Virus record (IMG/VR): IMGVR_UViG_3300008113_000126
Source of the DNA: an uncultured virus (IMG/VR IMGVR_UViG_3300008113_000126)
Lineage: Duplodnaviria; Heunggongvirae; Uroviricota; Caudoviricetes
Reading direction: 5' to 3' (one strand)
DNA: 64,000 nt
Both the position numbers and the translations under genes were made by a program. Below the pieces are notes generated by a model that saw only the letters and a program-made list of their open reading frames with translations, made no database searches and was not told where the DNA came from. Within the stretch, counting starts at the first letter, position 1. Each line of letters starts with the position of its first letter. Positions 49,723 to 58,735 of the stretch are shown in pieces.

Positions 49723-50747
49723 AAAGATAATCCTTTTTTGCTATCATTAAAGCACATATCTGCTACAAGACCTTCTAACCCAAATACAGGGTTCCAACCT
49801 AATACAGTTCTTGCCTTGGTGCTGTCACCTAATAAGGTATTAACATCAGCAGGCCTATAAAATTCTTCGCTTACTGCAAATAAAACTTTACCCGTATCAA
49901 CATCTATACAGTGTTCATTTAATCCGCTGCCGCGCCACTCAACATTACATCCAAACCATTTAGCAGACATTGTACAAAATTCTCGTACAGTAGTTTGTAT
50001 ACCCGTTGCTAACACATAATCACCTGGAGTGTCTTGTTGTAACATTAACCACATGCCTTCTACAAAATCTTTTGCATGACCCCAATCACGTAAGGAATCA
50101 ATGTTGCCTAACTTTACAGGCTCTTGAGATTCACCTGATAAGATTTTAGCAAGCCCTTTAGTAATTTTGCGTGTGACAAAAGTTTCACCGCGCCGTGGAC
50201 TTTCGTGATTAAACAATATTCCGTTGCTGGCATGTAATCCGTAACTTTCTCTATAGTTTACGGTAATCCAATAACCATAGAGTTTTGCAACTCCGTAAGG
50301 ACTACGAGGATAGAACGGCGTAGTTTCTTTCTGCGGAACTTCTTGAACAGAACCGTACATCTCGCTTGTACTGGCCTGATAAAATTTTACTTTATGACCA
50401 GTATCATGTAATGCTCGAACTGCCTCTAACATATGGAGAACTCCGATGGCATTAGTTTCTGCTGTGAATTGCGGAACTTGGAAACTTACGTGTACATGAC
50501 TTTGTGCCGCCAAATTATAAACTTCGTCTGGTTTAATTTTTAGAAGAATATTCCGAAGATTTGTACTGTCTGTTAGATCACTATAATGTAATGTAACTCG
50601 ATTTCTAAATGTTGAAATATTTGGTATGTTTTCAAAATTTGAATTTCGTCTAACTAACCCGTGGACTTCGTAACCTTTGTCCAAAAGTAACTCAGCCAAA
50701 TAAGATCCATCTTGTCCAGTGATGCCAGTAATAAGTGCTATTTTCAT
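49719..50747 (-). CDS. gmd: GDP-mannose 4,6-dehydratase
   Basis: [66 protein letters not shown]. Confidence 0.95.
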   Translation of the reverse strand: MKIALITGITGQDGSYLAELLLDKGYEVHGLVRRNSNFENIPNISTFRNRVTLHYSDLTDSTNLRNILLKIKPDEVYNLAAQSHVHVSFQVPQFTAETNAIGVLHMLEAVRALHDTGHKVKFYQASTSEMYGSVQEVPQKETTPFYPRSPYGVAKLYGYWITVNYRESYGLHASNGILFNHESPRRGETFVTRKITKGLAKILSGESQEPVKLGNIDSLRDWGHAKDFVEGMWLMLQQDTPGDYVLATGIQTTVREFCTMSAKWFGCNVEWRGSGLNEHCIDVDTGKVLFAVSEEFYRPADVNTLLGDSTKARTVLGWNPVFGLEGLVADMCFNDSKKGLSL

Positions 50748-50768
50748 GGTTGTTTAATTAAGTATGCA

Positions 50769-50774
50769 TATTTA
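50769..50774 (-). promoter_or_regulatory. Late promoter TAAATA upstream of the gmd operon
   Basis: TAAATA on the - strand 21 nt before the gmd start. Confidence 0.55.
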
Positions 50775-50832
50775 AGGCTTCTATAATGCAGGCAATACAA
50801 AACAGATTGGATCATTTTGGTAAAAAAAGTTC

Positions 50833-50861
50833 TTGTGTTCTGGATGGTTTTATCATATACT
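50833..50861 (+). promoter_or_regulatory. Possible sigma70-type promoter for the envelope-protein operon
   Basis: TTGTGT-17 nt-TATACT. Confidence 0.45.
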
Positions 50862-50890
50862 AATAACATGTTCAACACACAGAGGCTTAT

Positions 50891-51019
50891 ATGAAAGCAT
50901 TTATTTTAGGAACAATTTTTGGTTTGGTACTAGCAACCGTTGGGTTTAGCGGCATTGCTAAAATTCTTGATAACGGTGTCGAGAAAGTTAAAACACAGTC
51001 TGTGGAGATGTCAAAATGA
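50891..51019 (+). CDS. Small membrane peptide (42 aa; not in ORF track)
   Basis: MKAFILGTIFGLVLATVGFSGIAKILDNGVEKVKTQSVEMSK; GAGG RBS; ATGA overlap with the next gene. Confidence 0.7.
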   Translation: MKAFILGTIFGLVLATVGFSGIAKILDNGVEKVKTQSVEMSK

Positions 51020-51636
51020 AATACACACTTACCGCATTAGCTGTTGTTACGGCACTGGTTGGCTGTTCATCTAAACCTGTCACCAATGGCGACGACCCGA
51101 TTCGTAATCAAAAGTTGTCAACATCTTTTGTTTCTGAAGGTGTTAAGATTGAAACTAGTTGTGCATGGTACAAGCCATGGAAATCTGAGTGCGATGTTAT
51201 TGCAATTGAATCTATTGGAGTTGTTGCAACTAACGGTAATAGTGCTAACAATCTTCGTACAGGCCTCCTACGTGCAGAAATGCAGGCAAAGGCTAATGTA
51301 AGTCATTTTATTAGCGAAGAAATTACCAGTAATCGTGTAACTAGTACTATTGCCAAAAATATTGAAAAGGCACAAGATCGGATTAATAAAGGCGGCGCTG
51401 ATGGTAAAACAGTTGAAATGACTGACCAAGAAGCTAAAAGTCTATCGTTACGCGAAAACTCTAACGATACTGCTCATAACGTAACCAGCACTATTCGAGC
51501 AAATTCTAGATCTATCCTTCGAGGTTTTAAACTTGTCGGGCAAGAAGTATCTGGAGACCAAGAAGTAAAAGTAACGATTCGGTGGGATCTTGAATCTGAT
51601 CGAACTGCAATAGTTCTTCGTAAGAAATTCCAATGA
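51016..51636 (+). CDS. Lipoprotein (LPP20-like)
   Basis: Signal peptide with lipobox LVGC; A...A.A.V..FI helix and L.G....V.V ending. Confidence 0.7.
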   Translation: MKYTLTALAVVTALVGCSSKPVTNGDDPIRNQKLSTSFVSEGVKIETSCAWYKPWKSECDVIAIESIGVVATNGNSANNLRTGLLRAEMQAKANVSHFISEEITSNRVTSTIAKNIEKAQDRINKGGADGKTVEMTDQEAKSLSLRENSNDTAHNVTSTIRANSRSILRGFKLVGQEVSGDQEVKVTIRWDLESDRTAIVLRKKFQ

Positions 51637-52613
51637 AATTTTTAGCCTTAATGTTGACAGTCTGCATGGCTGTCAACGCCTATGGACAGGACCAACTGGT
51701 TCGTGTAGAGGGTATCGGCTCTACTAAAGAATCTGCAAAGCAGGATGGATTCCAGGCGGCAATTGAGTTAGTGTCTGGCAGTGTTATGTTGTCTGATAGG
51801 GAAACTAAACGTGACAAACTTACAAAAAATGAAATTTCTAATCATAGTGCAGGCTATGTTAGCAATTACGCAATTATTGATGTAAGGAAATCCGCAGGTA
51901 ACGTAATTGTAGAAATGGATGTTTGGGTTCGTCCGAGTAACATGGCTAACCATCATCTTAATTCTGGTAAATCAGAACAATATTTAGACGGCGAAAAAAT
52001 TTCTGATACCTATAAAAGTTCTCGGAAGGAAAGAGAGTCAGCTGACAAATTTTTAAATAAAATACTAGCAGACTATCCAACTAAAGCAATGGATATTGTT
52101 CAAGAAAATATTGAACATCAATTAGATGCCCGACGTAACTATGTATTGCTAATTCAATATAAATTAACATGGAATCAAAATTATCTTAAGTCATTAAATG
52201 AAGCTACAAACATAGTACAGACGGGCCCGGAATATTACGACTTATCTTGTTTCTGTTATAGGGCAAGGAATCAAGTTATGGTAGTTTCTACTCGACCGAA
52301 ATCTTTGTTTAATAATGTAGATAAATTTTATCTTAAAGATGACGAATTTACTAGACTAATTGCTGATAAACTTAATCAGGCTCCCCGAATTCGAGCAAGA
52401 TTACTTGACGAAAATGGAAAATCTATCTATTCCGTTTGCTATGAATCTGACACACTTTGGGCAGAACATCGTCCGGGTAGAAATTTTGTTATACATGGTG
52501 CTCACTCGGAACGAGATCGACTAATATTTGCAATTCCTTATCACTTACAAAGTTCTGTCAAGAATGCGGATAGGGTTGAACTATCTGTAGTAAGTAGTGT
52601 ACAATGTAAATGA
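51633..52613 (+). CDS. Exported protein with LPP20/FlgT-N-like N-terminal domain
   Basis: Signal peptide; V.VEG.G...E.A...F..AIE...G motif; ATGA coupling. Confidence 0.55.
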   Translation: MKFLALMLTVCMAVNAYGQDQLVRVEGIGSTKESAKQDGFQAAIELVSGSVMLSDRETKRDKLTKNEISNHSAGYVSNYAIIDVRKSAGNVIVEMDVWVRPSNMANHHLNSGKSEQYLDGEKISDTYKSSRKERESADKFLNKILADYPTKAMDIVQENIEHQLDARRNYVLLIQYKLTWNQNYLKSLNEATNIVQTGPEYYDLSCFCYRARNQVMVVSTRPKSLFNNVDKFYLKDDEFTRLIADKLNQAPRIRARLLDENGKSIYSVCYESDTLWAEHRPGRNFVIHGAHSERDRLIFAIPYHLQSSVKNADRVELSVVSSVQCK

Positions 52614-52614
52614 T

Positions 52615-53262
52615 ATGCCTCAACAACTATACTATTTTAAAGAAGAACTATACGGTCGTCCTGAAGTTTTAGCACATGTTGCAAAACTTAAAGATCATAA
52701 TCCCAAATTTACTCTGCTAGACGTTGGTGCTACGCACAATCCGTTCAATCGAGAGTTCCTTACACATACCTTTGATCTTAATCCGTCAGGAATGGAAGGA
52801 ATTCATGAGTTCAGCGGAGACATTAATTGTTCCGAAGATTGGGTACAAATCTTTGATTATGTACAAGAACACGGTAAGTTTGATTTTGTAAATTGCACCC
52901 ATACGTTAGAAGATATTGCCTATCCTCATACGGCATTAAAATATATGCCGCAAATAGCAAAAGAGGGTTTTATTGCAGTCCCGAGCAAATATTGGGAATT
53001 GCAAAGAAGAGATTCTTATCGAGGCGGCATTCATCATAGATGGATATTTGATAACAAGGATGGAATTCTTACCGCATATCCTAAAATAAATCTAATAGAA
53101 ACTCTTACTTGGTTTCCGCACGGTACAACAATTGAAGAACAAGCTCACACAGAATTGAGACTTTTTTGGAAAGATTCTATTGATTTTCGGGTAATAAACA
53201 ACGACTATCTAGGACCAACAGCTGAAGCAGTTGTAGAAATGTACAAAAATTTAATACCTTAA
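52615..53262 (+). CDS. SAM-dependent methyltransferase-like protein
   Basis: LLDVGA, FDFVNCTHTLEDI, G.IAVP, HHRW. Confidence 0.65.
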   Translation: MPQQLYYFKEELYGRPEVLAHVAKLKDHNPKFTLLDVGATHNPFNREFLTHTFDLNPSGMEGIHEFSGDINCSEDWVQIFDYVQEHGKFDFVNCTHTLEDIAYPHTALKYMPQIAKEGFIAVPSKYWELQRRDSYRGGIHHRWIFDNKDGILTAYPKINLIETLTWFPHGTTIEEQAHTELRLFWKDSIDFRVINNDYLGPTAEAVVEMYKNLIP

Positions 53263-53289
53263 AGCCCCAAATATTTGGGGCTTTTTTTT
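53261..53289 (+). terminator. Rho-independent terminator
   Basis: AAAGCCCCAAA-TA-TTTGGGGCTTTTTTTT. Confidence 0.8.
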
Positions 53290-53304
53290 GACATAAATAT
53301 CTTT

Positions 53305-54528
53305 ATGGCAAACATATTAAATAACTTCTTAAGCGATTTTGCAGGCGGTCTGTTCGGCGATACAGGATATCTCAAAGATTATAAACACGCCGCAAGATTA
53401 TATCAAGACAATTACTATGGAATGTCTCCAAAAGCAGGATGGAGCTATTTTGTTGAGATTGGACTAAATCCTGCCCTACCTGACAAAGCACAATTTCCAG
53501 AAGTAAATGCTGATTGGTACAATAGAAGCAAGGGAAAATTAGGGTTACTAGCAAAAACTGTAGATTTACCTAGAGTATCTATTTCTAACGAAGTTCTTAA
53601 TTCATATAATAAAAAAACTATAGTACAAAACAAAGTTACATATAATCCCGTATCAATAACTTTCCACGACGATATGAATAATTTTATCAGCAACCTGTGG
53701 AGTAATTATTATCAATATTACGTTGCTGATAGCAGATATACAGGAACATTGTCCGGATCAGTATATGGCAGGACTCTCGAACTTCCAGCATCATACAAAC
53801 CGGGAGCAGAATGGTCCGATCGAGCGTTTGCATACGGGCTTAATAACGGTCAAGACCTGCCGTTCCTATCTTTTGTAAGAATTTTTTTATTAAACAGAAA
53901 ACAGTACACATCAATATCTTTAATTAATCCTAAAATAGTTGACTATCAACCGGCCCAGCTAGATCAAAATAACGGGAACAAATTAATGGATTCAAAATTT
54001 ACGTTTGCGTACGAAACAGTTCATTATAATAATAACCATCTAGCTAATAAAGTTACTAAAACTAAACCTGGATTTAATGAAGAACATTACGATAACACTC
54101 CTAGTCCTTTGTCTATATATGGTAAAGGTAAAAAAGGTTTACTTGGTATGGTAGAGGGTTCAGCTGATATTTTTGAAACATTATCATCTCCTGAGCTATC
54201 TGTAGGAGATATAATTAAGGTTGCTGTAGGAACTAAAAATTTAGTTCAAAATGCAAAACAAATTACTGGAAAATCTGCGGCTAGCGAATTAAAAAGTATA
54301 TTAGTTGGAACTATTGCAGGTGCCGCTGTAGGAAAAGGGGCCGCAGGCGAATATGCAAAAGATGTAATGCGTTCTCCTGTAGATATTAAATTATTTACGG
54401 AGCCGGTGCCTTTAAATACAGTCGCCGCAAATGGAGTTAGTCGGCCTGGCGAATTTAATAGTAAAGGTGATGTTGTAGATTATCAAGGAAGAGTATTAAC
54501 TCCTGCTAAACAAAGTGATAAAAAATAA
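53305..54528 (+). CDS. Tail-tube-fold baseplate protein (gp54/gp48-like)
   Basis: KTVDLP, N.YN.K, Y.PVSITFHDD, L.NP.I, F.YE motifs parallel the tail tube family; start at ATG 53305. Confidence 0.6.
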   Translation: MANILNNFLSDFAGGLFGDTGYLKDYKHAARLYQDNYYGMSPKAGWSYFVEIGLNPALPDKAQFPEVNADWYNRSKGKLGLLAKTVDLPRVSISNEVLNSYNKKTIVQNKVTYNPVSITFHDDMNNFISNLWSNYYQYYVADSRYTGTLSGSVYGRTLELPASYKPGAEWSDRAFAYGLNNGQDLPFLSFVRIFLLNRKQYTSISLINPKIVDYQPAQLDQNNGNKLMDSKFTFAYETVHYNNNHLANKVTKTKPGFNEEHYDNTPSPLSIYGKGKKGLLGMVEGSADIFETLSSPELSVGDIIKVAVGTKNLVQNAKQITGKSAASELKSILVGTIAGAAVGKGAAGEYAKDVMRSPVDIKLFTEPVPLNTVAANGVSRPGEFNSKGDVVDYQGRVLTPAKQSDKK

Positions 54529-54908
54529 TGCCCAATAAAATTTATACCAATATTCCTATAGAGAAAAAAAGTGATAGTGCAAATTTCACTAAACAATATT
54601 TTGATGAATATTTTGATAAACCTATTCAAATTGATAACAATGCATTAATATTGTTTAAGGCCTATTTTGAAAAAAGAGGATTTGATAAAGCTAGTGCAGA
54701 AACTATTTCTGCAGTTATTAATGTTCAAGCAAAACAAGAAGACCTTAATCCTATGGTTATTTTAGATACATTATCAGGCCTTGATAATGTTGAAGTTAAT
54801 GGAATAGTTACACAAATTCTTAATTATAACAGATTTAAATCTAGCTCCTTGGGCATATATGTAGCTCCTACTAATTCGGATGAGGCACATCGAAATATTT
54901 TGCCATGA
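54528..54908 (+). CDS. Hypothetical protein
   Basis: 126 aa, FEKRGF...LN.NR..SS.LG; coupled to both neighbours. Confidence 0.6.
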   Translation: MPNKIYTNIPIEKKSDSANFTKQYFDEYFDKPIQIDNNALILFKAYFEKRGFDKASAETISAVINVQAKQEDLNPMVILDTLSGLDNVEVNGIVTQILNYNRFKSSSLGIYVAPTNSDEAHRNILP

Positions 54909-55348
54909 GTCTTAAATTTGCAAAAGATTTTTATACCGTTAAGAATCCGGAAAAATACATAGGGACTAAAACTCCTATGTATAGAAGTTCATGGGAATTA
55001 ACGTTTATGCAATTTTGCGACCACAATCCTAGCGTACATCAATGGTCGAGTGAGAGTGTTAAAATTCCTTACAAAGATCCGTTATCAGGAAGGAATACAG
55101 TTTATGTTCCTGATTTTTTGATTGTCTATTTAGATAAGCATCAAAAAAAACATGCAGAACTTATAGAAATAAAACCAGCCAATCAAACAATCCTTGAAAA
55201 AGTTGGGAAGAATCCTTACAATCAAGCCCAGTATGTTAAGAACATGGCCAAGTGGGCCGCAGCCAGTAATTGGTGTAAAAATAACGGGTTAAAGTTTAGA
55301 GTTATAAACGAGAGCGATATTTTTCATAACGGCAAGAAGAAAAAATAA
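54905..55348 (+). CDS. Head completion nuclease gp4-like (TnsA-like)
   Basis: NPEKY.G, YRSSWE..FM..CD, W.SE...IPY, YVPDF, IEIKP, N.AKW.AA, F.VINE. Confidence 0.88.
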   Translation: MSLKFAKDFYTVKNPEKYIGTKTPMYRSSWELTFMQFCDHNPSVHQWSSESVKIPYKDPLSGRNTVYVPDFLIVYLDKHQKKHAELIEIKPANQTILEKVGKNPYNQAQYVKNMAKWAAASNWCKNNGLKFRVINESDIFHNGKKKK

Positions 55349-55349
55349 T

Positions 55350-56525
55350 ATGTTGTTTATACATAAAACAGTTAGCCTTTGTGATCATTGTTATGCTCAC
55401 ATCCCTGGCAATGTAATTGAAAATAATAATTTAATCAAATTAATTAAACGTTGTCCGGAACACGGAGAAATGACTTCTATAATTGAAATAGATAAAGAAT
55501 TTTATTATTCTTTAAATCACGCTAAAATAGAATCTCGATTTAATAATATATTATTTGAAGCTAGCGATAAATGTCAACTTACGTGCCCACATTGTTATCA
55601 CTTACCGGACAATCAAACTCAAGACAGACCAGTAGAAGAAATATTAGCACAAGTTAGTACCTTTCCTAGGCAAGTTCTGCCCATGTTTGCAGGAGCTGAA
55701 TCAACACTACGATCTGATTTTGTTGAAGTTTGTCAAAAAATAAGTGCCATGGGATATTCTCTTGATATTCTTACAAACGGTATACGATTTGCTAATAAGG
55801 ATTTTGCACTTTCATCATGGAACGCAGGACTTCGTCATGCTTGTATAGGATTAAATCATTGGTCTTATCAAGGAACCACAATACATAATAAACAACTTGC
55901 AGGAATAAGGAACTTACTAGATATAGGGTATACTATAGGATATATTGGATATACCATGGAAACTTTAGATCATGTACCTGACATTCTTGAAGAAATTGAA
56001 ACTATACGACACTCCAATATCTGGCATTATAGAATTCGGTGCGGCAGTTTTATAGGTCGTAGTTCTGATCAAGAACGTAGTTACTTGAGCAACTTACTTA
56101 AACGAGTAGAAGAATATTACGGAAGCCCTGTAGAATATGTAGGGTCTGACGACAACCCTTACCATATTATGGTTAGGGCACCGACGGGCGCGATTCTACG
56201 ATTAATACAATGGCCTGATGTTACCAATATTGATATGGAAGAGCTTAATACCGGACCCTGGTGTCAATTTTATAACGGTCCAATTACCAATTTTGTACAT
56301 CAAGTTATAACAAGAGATGCGTATAAAAACATGAAACTGCCCCAAAAGGATACTGCCCCAAAACGATATCAATATAAACCTATCAACGAGACGGGTCACG
56401 ATTATTGGAAGCACGGCTGGACAGGGCCAATAGAAGTAACAGAATTAGATTGGTCTTATATTGACCTCCCTAAAAAACAATTTGACATTAAAATTGAATC
56501 AGAAAGAAGATTAATGGATAAGTAG
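55350..56525 (+). CDS. Radical SAM protein with Tes/GDGT-MAS-like rubredoxin N-terminus
   Basis: CQLTCPHC (CxxxCxxC), AGAESTLR, LTNGIR; N-terminal T.SLCDHC...K.CPEHG. Confidence 0.75.
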   Translation: MLFIHKTVSLCDHCYAHIPGNVIENNNLIKLIKRCPEHGEMTSIIEIDKEFYYSLNHAKIESRFNNILFEASDKCQLTCPHCYHLPDNQTQDRPVEEILAQVSTFPRQVLPMFAGAESTLRSDFVEVCQKISAMGYSLDILTNGIRFANKDFALSSWNAGLRHACIGLNHWSYQGTTIHNKQLAGIRNLLDIGYTIGYIGYTMETLDHVPDILEEIETIRHSNIWHYRIRCGSFIGRSSDQERSYLSNLLKRVEEYYGSPVEYVGSDDNPYHIMVRAPTGAILRLIQWPDVTNIDMEELNTGPWCQFYNGPITNFVHQVITRDAYKNMKLPQKDTAPKRYQYKPINETGHDYWKHGWTGPIEVTELDWSYIDLPKKQFDIKIESERRLMDK

Positions 56526-56529
56526 AAAT

Positions 56530-57009
56530 ATGACAAAACGACTTGAAGAAATCCTTAATATTGAACCTACTGAAAAAGACGAAGTCAGAGTAGATCCTGT
56601 GGAAGTAAGTGTTCCTACCATTGATTTACAAGAAAAACTAGAAGAATTTGACAAAATTAGCGCCGCACTTCCTAGGGTTAAGGGGCTCGGCGATCTCAGC
56701 GACTCTGAACTAGATCAACTTGCAGGAAAAGCAGAAAAAGCCTATGATGATCTTATGGATTTAGGTATGCAGGTAGAGGCACGTTACAGTACTCGTATGT
56801 TTGAAGTAGCTGGGCAGATGCTACAGGCGGCAATTACAGCTAAAACTAATAAAATTGATAAAAAACTTAAAATGGTCGATCTACAACTAAAGAAGCTGGC
56901 AATTGATAAAAAGCACGGTGCCGCAGGCGGCGAGCAAGTCGACGGTGAAGGTTACATACTTACAGATCGTAATAGTATTCTGGAAAAACTTAAAAATATG
57001 AATAAATAA
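56530..57009 (+). CDS. Putative terminase small subunit
   Basis: Helical 159 aa, DLMDLGMQVE.R...FEVA, DRN..L; upstream of the large terminase region. Confidence 0.5.
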   Translation: MTKRLEEILNIEPTEKDEVRVDPVEVSVPTIDLQEKLEEFDKISAALPRVKGLGDLSDSELDQLAGKAEKAYDDLMDLGMQVEARYSTRMFEVAGQMLQAAITAKTNKIDKKLKMVDLQLKKLAIDKKHGAAGGEQVDGEGYILTDRNSILEKLKNMNK

Positions 57010-57026
57010 TGCATCGGGAACCTATC

Positions 57027-57644
57027 ATGAAAACATTTAAAGAATATCTATCAGAGTCCAAAAAAACCTATAATTTTAGGATTAAGGTCGCTGATAACGA
57101 TTTTGGTAAAGATCGAGAAACCGCACTAGAAAATTCACTAGCTAGATTTGCAATATCTTCTTTTAAGAAAACAGGCAAAACACCTATCCAACAATTACCA
57201 TTAGATTTTCCACAGCTCAAGAATACAGAAGTTAATATCTACGAAGTAAACCTAGATTATCCAACAACACAATTTGAACTCAAAGAATATCTAGCTAGTG
57301 AACTTAAAGTTACTAGAGATCATATTGTAGTGCGTAGTCCAGATGAACCATACGAACAATACCAACAAGAAACTGAAAAGCGCGAGGGTGCGCTACTTTT
57401 AGATAACGAATATAAAGAAGCACCAGATGTAAATCCAGAAGATTACTACGGTGACAAATACAATTCAGGATTTGTGCAAGAATTAAATGCAATTCTTAAG
57501 TTACAAAGAAAAGAGCGAGGGGAAGTTATTCCTGAAGCATCTGATAGCAATACTGGCGCAACAGCAAAGGCCAAGTTTAACACGGACGCACCTCAAAATA
57601 ATAAGAGTCCTGTAGTTCAAGCAGCCGACTTAAGGAAGAAATAA
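57027..57644 (+). CDS. Hypothetical head-associated protein
   Basis: Starts MKTFKEYLSE; TPIQ..PLDFP motif; TAAATA at 57003. Confidence 0.6.
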   Translation: MKTFKEYLSESKKTYNFRIKVADNDFGKDRETALENSLARFAISSFKKTGKTPIQQLPLDFPQLKNTEVNIYEVNLDYPTTQFELKEYLASELKVTRDHIVVRSPDEPYEQYQQETEKREGALLLDNEYKEAPDVNPEDYYGDKYNSGFVQELNAILKLQRKERGEVIPEASDSNTGATAKAKFNTDAPQNNKSPVVQAADLRKK

Positions 57645-57646
57645 TT

Positions 57647-58680
57647 ATGCAAATGATCAATGTATTACAGCGTCTAGCTGAATTAGATGGACAGAATCCA
57701 AACGTGGTTCCGGCCAAACCAAAAGTAAGTGCAGATGCTGCCGTCGAAGCAGTACAACGCACACTATCAGAAGAGTTAAGTGTAGAAAGTCTACGTTATC
57801 TTTCTGGTGTTAAAAATACGTTAGAAGAATGTGGTATGATGCCTAGTATGGAAAATATGATGCCAAGTGCTCCTACTATTCCGGCAAGTTTTAGTATTAA
57901 TGCATCAGCATCCAGTGGCGACGAAGTTGCTAGTATGTTGACACAAATTATGAATCTAGCGGGTGTTAAGCCAGTTGGTTCTCAAGATATGCCTTTAGAA
58001 CCAGGTGCACCTGATACGGGGGATGCATTAGCGTCTCGCGGTAACGGTAATGACGAAATGAAAAGAATGATTGACGTCATGAATGAGCCAAGAGGCCCAG
58101 GTGACAATGCTCCACCAGATATGGATGGTCCAGAAGATGAAGGCATGTTAGGTACTATGGCAGGTGCTGGCATTGGTGCCGCGTTAGGTGGTCCTTTAGG
58201 TGCGGCAGTTGGCGGTGCAGCCGGTGATAGTATCACAGACCCAGAAGAAGAAAGTCTAGGTGAAGAGCCTCCCGTTGATATTGCAGGCGTGGGTGGTGGT
58301 TTAGCTGCCGCAGCCTTGTCTGGTGGCGATCCCGAAGAAATTGCCGCAGGTGTTGAAGCAGGACAAGAAGCAACTGAAGGCGATCAAGTGTTAGTACCTG
58401 ATGCAAAAGAAGACATGCGTAGATTGATGGATATGATCGGCGGTGGTCTTGACAATGCTCCAAACGATCCTAACAATATCCCAGATTTTGATTCGAACAA
58501 AATGGCATATCAACCAAATGATGCTAACGTGGGTGACAGAATGGATGGTACTATGCCAAAAGGTTTTGCTGAAGATACAATGACTCAAAAATTGTTTAAT
58601 GATTATCAACAGTTTATGACTGAAGGCAGCAAAGTAGATCAAAACAAAGATGGCAAGAATGACTGGGAAGATGTAAAAAT
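57647..58680 (+). CDS. Acidic low-complexity protein, truncated by the assembly gap
   Basis: Open from ATG 57647 to the gap; acidic, Gly-zipper segments. Confidence 0.65.
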
Positions 58681-58735
58681 NNNNNNNNNNNNNNNNNNNN
58701 NNNNNNNNNNNNNNNNNNNNNNNNNNNNNNNNNNN
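58681..58735. other. Assembly gap (55 N)
   Basis: Run of N. Confidence 1.
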
